Assembly: GCA_043767065.1 (NCBI GenBank) | Contig: JAYUHJ010000255.1 | Location: forward strand, 1-40,674 | DNA from: Hyphomicrobiales bacterium | GTDB taxonomy: Bacteria > Pseudomonadota > Alphaproteobacteria > Rhizobiales > Xanthobacteraceae | Direction of reading: 5' to 3' | Length of the DNA: 40,674 bases | Shown here: positions 36,572-40,674 of the stretch, piece after piece | Numbering within the stretch: the first letter of the stretch is position 1 | Layout of the letters: every line of letters starts with the position of its first letter | Position numbers and translations under genes: made by a program | The notes under the pieces: generated by a model | Told to the model about the DNA's origin: nothing | The model's input: the letters and a program-made list of their open reading frames with translations, nothing else | The model's database searches: none

Positions 36572-37063
36572 TTAGAACGTGACAGTGACAGTGACAGTGT
36601 CGGTGTAGAGACCGGGTACCGGTGTGGTTTGCGGCGGCACGCGGCCAAAGATCGAGTAGAGCTGCGACGCACCGTTGCCGGTTGCAGCCACCCAGTTGGC
36701 GGCGGCATCGCCCCACACCGTTGTCCGCGCTGCGTCGCTGTAGAGCGAATACTGGATCGTCGCGCCGCTAAGCGTCATCAGCCGCGCCGCGACTGTGGCG
36801 CCTGACCCGGTACCGGCGTTGAGTCCGATGGTGTACGGTGTCAGGTTCGTGCACTGGACGTTGAGCGAGCTGTTCACTTCGACGTTGGCACTGATGACGC
36901 CGTTGGTCCCGAAGTTGAGATCGGATGCACTAACGATCCTGCAGTCCGCCTGGATCGTCATTCGGACCTGAAAGTTCGCGATCGTAGTGGCGGCATACGA
37001 AGTGCCGGCCATCGAGAGCCCGGCGATGAGGCCGAGCATGAGACGCTTTAGATGCTTTTTCAT
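36572..37063 (-). CDS. SCPU-domain major pilin (CsuA/B-like)
   Basis: Track ORF, 163 aa. Signal MKKHLKRLMLGLIAGLSMAGTSYA, conserved Cys pair (QADCRI...NVQCTN) and C-terminal GRVPPQTTPVPGLYTDTVTVTVTF. GGGGAG lies upstream. Confidence 0.8.
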   Translation of the reverse strand: MKKHLKRLMLGLIAGLSMAGTSYAATTIANFQVRMTIQADCRIVSASDLNFGTNGVISANVEVNSSLNVQCTNLTPYTIGLNAGTGSGATVAARLMTLSGATIQYSLYSDAARTTVWGDAAANWVAATGNGASQLYSIFGRVPPQTTPVPGLYTDTVTVTVTF

Positions 37064-37369
37064 TTTTGACTCCCCGTTGTTTTTTTAGAGTTGGAACACT
37101 TTCAACACCGCGAATATCGCGCGCATGTCCAAAAAAACTCCAAACGCGGCGGCCAATATCAATGGCCGAACCGTTCTGAAATCAGCTACCGACGTCAGGC
37201 ATTGCCTGACGCTTTAATGCTTGATTCATTTGCTCGATGCGATGTCCGTAAACTTCAAAAGAATGTCGCGGCTAAGATTGGCGAAATATCCGCCAAGTAT
37301 CGGCAGCGAATGTGGGGATTCCCCTGACGCGGTAACGCCTCAAACAACTTTGCGAGACGATATTCGCGG

Positions 37370-38044
37370 TTAGATATCGGCGAGCCATTCTTGAATGGCC
37401 GCATATCGAACGATGTCGGCGCGCGATTTCAAGCCAAGCTTTTTGACTCCCCGAGCCTTGAACGTCTCGACCGTCTTGACGCTCACGTCGAGCTGGCGTG
37501 CGATCTCCTTGTTCGTCTCCCCCAATGCTGTCAGCTTCAATACTTCGGCCTCGCGGCTGCTCAGTTCATTTGGACCGAATTCAGTGATCGTTCGAGCTGA
37601 TAGCCGCCGCCTGGGTTCGAACATGTACCCCGCCATTGCCGGGTCCACATAGAGTCCGCCCACAAACACCGCGCGAATAGCCTGGAGGAGATTTTGGGGG
37701 GCTGACCTTTTCAAGGCATAGCCGCGGGCACCGGCCTGCAAAGCCATGTTCAGGTAGGCGCGGTCTTCATGCAAACTCAATATCAAGACGCGAACTGAAG
37801 GAAATTCGCTAGCAAGGCGTTTCGTCAAGGCGATGCCATTCAGCTCCGGCATGGAAATGTCGATCACGGCAACATCCGGCCCCGTCTCTCGAATGAGGGT
37901 CAAGGCGGCAAGCCCTGTCGCAGCTTCGCCGACAAGCTCCACTGAATCGTCCGCATTAATGAGGCCGCTCAGTCCCGCCAGGATAATCGGGTGGTCGTCG
38001 GCAAGCACCACGCGCGGCTTGCTAGCTGTAGCCGCGTTGCTCAT
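37370..38044 (-). CDS. NarL/FixJ (LuxR-type HTH) family response regulator
   Basis: Track ORF, 224 aa. Receiver region VVLADDHPIILAGL...VAVIDISMPELNG and HTH region LSSREAEVLKLTALGETNKEIARQLDVSVKTVETF. ATGA overlap with the kinase. Confidence 0.9.
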   Translation of the reverse strand: MSNAATASKPRVVLADDHPIILAGLSGLINADDSVELVGEAATGLAALTLIRETGPDVAVIDISMPELNGIALTKRLASEFPSVRVLILSLHEDRAYLNMALQAGARGYALKRSAPQNLLQAIRAVFVGGLYVDPAMAGYMFEPRRRLSARTITEFGPNELSSREAEVLKLTALGETNKEIARQLDVSVKTVETFKARGVKKLGLKSRADIVRYAAIQEWLADI

Positions 38045-39753
38045 GCGTGAAGCCTAATCCGAGCGAAAATCGTGGTGCCAACGCCGACCGATGAAACGAT
38101 CCGCAGTTCTCCGCCAATGAAAGACAGACGTTCACGCATTCCGACCAGGCCAAGTCCGCCTTCAGTTCGTGCCAATTTCTGCGATTCAACAAATTCTGGA
38201 CTAAAGCCGCATCCGTCATCTTCAATCATCAGCCGCAACATGGTTTCCTTGCGGTCGAGGATGATGCTGACCGAAGTCGCCCCCTTAGCGTGCTTGGCAA
38301 CATTGGTCAGCGCTTCTTGGACCACCCGATAGATCGTCGTACGAATGTCGTCGGGCAGGCGATCGACATCCGGGTCGGAGCAGTCAAAATCTACTTCGAT
38401 GCTGCACCGCTCGCCCCAGTCGACTAGATGATTTTCAAGCGCTTGAGCCAAGCCAAAATCGTCGAGTGAGCTCGGACGCAATTCCCATGCAACGTGGCGC
38501 AATGTTTGTCCGACCTGATCCAATTGTTCTCTAACGCGGCCTAGTCGTTCACGACCACTGTCAGAGACGTGCGACTCGAGTTCGTTTAATTCCATCATCG
38601 CAACGACAAGACTTTGACCTGTCTGGTCGTGAAGCTCGTGGGCTAGTCTGAGCCGTTCTCGTTCCTCCGCATACCATAATAGTCGTTGCAGGCTCTTGAC
38701 CATCCGGGACTTGGTCTCGGTAGCCGCCTCTGCCTCCGATTTCCCCGCGGCGAGTTCAGCCGTTAGACGACCCCGCTCCAACAGCACCGCAGCGACGGGC
38801 AAGGCCCAGAGGGCGGTTGTCGCTAGGAAAAATTGCAGCGTCAATATCCGTTCAGGAATGCTGGCCTGCGCGAGTATCGCGGGGACAATGCCTAGTGCAA
38901 TACATATACTTCCGATCGTTGCAATTACGAATATCGCAGCTGCAGCGCCAACCACACCGAATCGGAACGTGGCAATGAGAACGATGGGCACAACCATGAA
39001 AAAGAACGCGCGGTTAAACGTTGCGAACAAGGCGACGATAGCGATAAGAATCAAGATGCCGATTGCTTCAGTTATTCGTTTTTCTAAGCGCAACTCGCTC
39101 CACTGCTTTGAGTTGATGATTAGCGCGAACGGCGCTACGATTGTCATGCCGAGCGCGTTTGCTGCGTACCAGGTAAGCCAGGCCTCAGAAAATGGAACTC
39201 GTAGATCGATGGTAATGGCCGTCGCACCGATTGTGGCGCTCACGAGCGGTGCGGCGCCTCCGGCGAGCAAGATGAAAAGCGCCAGGCTCGGCACTCGGGT
39301 AATATCGGGACTTGCATGGTGAAATCGGTTCAAGAGCCAACAAGCTGTCGCGACTTCCGCGATATTGGCCGTCGCCAGAGCCACAGAGAGCGGCAGAGTG
39401 TCTCCATCGGCGAGATTAGCGAGCACAATTGCAATGCCACCGCTCAATAAAATTAGCACCTTATTCCTAATATCGCGGGCGGCGCGGAACAGCACTGCGA
39501 AGAGGATGGCGTTCGAAGGCCAGAGTGTAGCAATCGAATTCGTGTTGCTCGTGAATTCGATGCTCGCGAACGAGATGACAAAGAGCAACAGCGTCAGCAG
39601 CAAGAGGCCTTGCAGCGAGGTACTGCCCGCCTCGTCCTCGGCGCGCCAGGATGAAGTTGTGTTGAGCGCGGTGTTGTACATCGGTGGTTGTAGTCGCGAA
39701 TCATTTGGCGCAATCGCTGAATCCGTTGAACCGTAAGGGTTCTCTATCGTCAA
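38041..39753 (-). CDS. Sensor histidine kinase with a polytopic MASE1-like N-terminal domain, HisKA_3 and HATPase
   Basis: Track ORF, 570 aa, TTG start; an alternative ATG lies at 39681. About 8 hydrophobic segments, H-box RLAHELHDQTGQSL and ATPase region EALTNVAKHA...IEDDGCGF. Third-position G+C is visibly lower than in neighbouring loci. Confidence 0.85.
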   Translation of the reverse strand: MTIENPYGSTDSAIAPNDSRLQPPMYNTALNTTSSWRAEDEAGSTSLQGLLLLTLLLFVISFASIEFTSNTNSIATLWPSNAILFAVLFRAARDIRNKVLILLSGGIAIVLANLADGDTLPLSVALATANIAEVATACWLLNRFHHASPDITRVPSLALFILLAGGAAPLVSATIGATAITIDLRVPFSEAWLTWYAANALGMTIVAPFALIINSKQWSELRLEKRITEAIGILILIAIVALFATFNRAFFFMVVPIVLIATFRFGVVGAAAAIFVIATIGSICIALGIVPAILAQASIPERILTLQFFLATTALWALPVAAVLLERGRLTAELAAGKSEAEAATETKSRMVKSLQRLLWYAEERERLRLAHELHDQTGQSLVVAMMELNELESHVSDSGRERLGRVREQLDQVGQTLRHVAWELRPSSLDDFGLAQALENHLVDWGERCSIEVDFDCSDPDVDRLPDDIRTTIYRVVQEALTNVAKHAKGATSVSIILDRKETMLRLMIEDDGCGFSPEFVESQKLARTEGGLGLVGMRERLSFIGGELRIVSSVGVGTTIFARIRLHA

Positions 39754-40199
39754 TCATTCTGACGGGCCGAATGCTCAGCTGCCGGTATAATTTTGCTCTC
39801 ACCGGTACCCTGATGGGTGATGCGCCGCGGGTTAGAAAGCGGATGTACTCGGATCAACATAACCGACTGTGATGCTCCGCTTGTTGCGACTGAACCGACT
39901 TCCTTCGATATCCCACTTCGAGCTACGTGCGCATTTGAGTCAAAAAAAATGACTGACAAAGAGGTCAGCCTCATTCCAATACTCGGGACGAGAACCGCAG
40001 CAGGAAAGTTGGGGTCTGAGAAAGTCGCTCGAATGACGGGCAGTAGAGTGGCGCGTGGGCTCTCTCAGCGCGATTCTCGCAGATTTGCCAGCACTACTCT
40101 GCGGACAACACGGACTCTTCTCATGAGAGCAGTTTTCTCTGTGAATCCGGCAGACTAGCTGGCGGAGGAAGCAGTCTGCTGCGAACCGGTCTCACCGGC

Positions 40200-40236
40200 G
40201 AAATTCCCTGATAAGGGGCCAATTACAGGGAATTTC
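40200..40236. repeat. Perfect 11-bp inverted repeat of the CAGGGAAT motif
   Basis: GAAATTCCCTG (40200-40210) and CAGGGAATTTC (40226-40236), separated by a 15-nt loop ataaggggccaatta. Confidence 0.9.
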
Positions 40237-40301
40237 TCCGATCTGATCCCTGATCGCCGATTTCTCGAAGCCAATGTTCCATACAGTTCAAAGACTTGTT
40301 C

Positions 40302-40378
40302 GAAAATTCCCTAGGCGAGCGAACAGGGAATTCGGTCGAGGAGAACAGGGAAGATCTATTCCGGAACAGGGAATTTTC
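40302..40378 (+). repeat. Inverted pair plus three phased direct copies of GAACAGGGAA
   Basis: AATTCCCT (40305-40312) pairs with AGGGAATT (40325-40332). GAACAGGGAA starts at 40321, 40343 and 40364, a spacing of 22 and 21 bp. Confidence 0.9.
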
Positions 40379-40387
40379 GGCGCGCGC

Positions 40388-40501
40388 CTACTGCGCCGTC
40401 CAACCGCCGTCGACAACCAGGTGGGCGCCCGTGACCATCGCCGCGAGGCGATGATCGGCAGGGCCGATCCCCGCCGGTGCTGCCGTCACCTCGATTTCCA
40501 C
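40388..40501 (-). pseudogene. Remnant of an SDR-family gene (C-terminal end only)
   Basis: Reverse translation of 40388-40447 gives LAAMVTGAHLVVDGGWTAQ-stop, the characteristic SDR C-terminus. The frame is closed by TAA at 40502-40504, and the remaining frame is only 37 codons. Confidence 0.4.
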
Positions 40502-40674
40502 TTATGGTCTGTCGGCGGTCCCTTTGGCGCCAGCCCGGGGGTAGCGTGCTCGTCCTCGAAGCGCATGACCTTAACCACTCGATCGCGCAGTGGGCCGCCG
40601 ATATTGAGGTGAAGCGCCCAGACCCCCGTCATCTCGAGTTCGAGGCGCGCCCGGTATGTTCCCGGCTCGGCCCC
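40486..40674 (-). CDS. Hypothetical protein, C-terminal 62 codons (5' part beyond the window edge)
   Basis: Not in the track because it is edge-truncated. Reverse frame: GAEPGTYRARLELEMTGVWALHLNIGGPLRDRVVKVMRFEDEHATPGLAPKGPPTDHKWKSR-stop (TGA at 40486-40488). Third-position G+C is high, as in the other genes. The G-x-Y...L-x-M-x-G-x-W-x-L pattern faintly recalls FixH/YtkA-type domains, but function is not assigned. Confidence 0.4.
   Translation of the reverse strand, partial: GAEPGTYRARLELEMTGVWALHLNIGGPLRDRVVKVMRFEDEHATPGLAPKGPPTDHKWKSR

Noticed and set aside
36579-36596. Hexamer tandem repeat (GTGACA x3) at the 3' end of the pilin gene
   Set aside because: It simply encodes the alternating T-V-T-V-T-V C-terminal beta strand typical of these pilins. 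It is in frame and not an independent element.
37091-37327. 78-aa + strand ORF in the pilin upstream region; also 39817..40158 (+) and 40274..40612 (+)
   Set aside because: None has an SD or a recognisable domain. Their composition is atypical for coding DNA here, and each runs across hairpins, repeats or the opposing truncated CDS. They are treated as non-coding pending expression data.
37108-37369. 12-bp inverted repeat CCGCGAATATCG (37108-37119) and CGATATTCGCGG (37358-37369), about 240 bp apart
   Set aside because: A single 12-mer inverted match at this distance is expected about once by chance in a 40-kb window. Nothing mobile lies between the arms.
40321-40378. Possible CRISPR array, suggested by regularly spaced repeats
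   Set aside because: The conserved unit is only about 10 bp with 11-12 bp between copies, and there are three copies and no cas genes. The geometry is wrong for CRISPR.
40200-40378. Alphaproteobacterial LexA (SOS) boxes, suggested by the recurring GAAC
   Set aside because: The SOS box needs GTTC-N7-GTTC (GAAC-N7-GAAC). No second GAAC lies at that spacing in any copy.
32344-40387. Integrase, transposase, tRNA or phage genes that would mark the low-GC block as a classical genomic island
   Set aside because: None of the translated ORFs in or next to the block shows recombinase- or transposase-like motifs, and no tRNA-like sequence was seen. The island idea is therefore kept only as a hypothesis in the findings.

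Overview
GC-rich segment with strong G/C third-position bias and alphaproteobacterial (Rhizobiales-like) gene content; the taxon is inference. I recognised no rRNA, tRNA, CRISPR, transposase or integrase. Layout: (1) 1-2407: truncated TRAP DctP, GntR regulator and mannonate dehydratase UxuA. (2) 2355-16680, all minus strand: an 11-gene nitrate-assimilation unit, nasT-nasS then nrtA-nrtA-nrtB-nrtC-nirA-(CysJ-like flavoprotein)-nasA-cysG. It has several 4-nt stop/start overlaps. The leader before the first nrtA carries a sigma54-like promoter, an ANTAR-type hexaloop hairpin and a long intrinsic terminator. (3) 16827-22314: LLM flavin oxidoreductase, MetE-like Zn methyltransferase and a complete TRAP transporter dctPQM. 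(4) 22318-32343: an rpiR/iolC-like operon divergent from a reductase, a Liv-type ABC importer, an extra truncated ABC-ATPase-like protein and an SDR. Two AGAATA-N2-TATTCT palindromes sit in the shared promoter region. (5) 32423-39753: a compositionally atypical block with a four-gene archaic (Csu/SCPU-type) chaperone-usher pilus and a MASE1 histidine kinase with a NarL-type regulator. (6) 39754-40387: an unassigned AT-richer spacer with a phased array of the motif GAACAGGGAAT, followed by an SDR C-terminal remnant and a truncated CDS. Most gene families here are well known. The least explained signals are the dispersed and phased CAGGGAAT motif family, the signature-less sixth ABC-ATPase-like gene, a peptide motif shared by NirA and its neighbouring flavoprotein, and two matching in-frame 12-bp duplications in nasA and nasS. 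All calls rest on reading the translations and the DNA by eye. No database search or computation was run.
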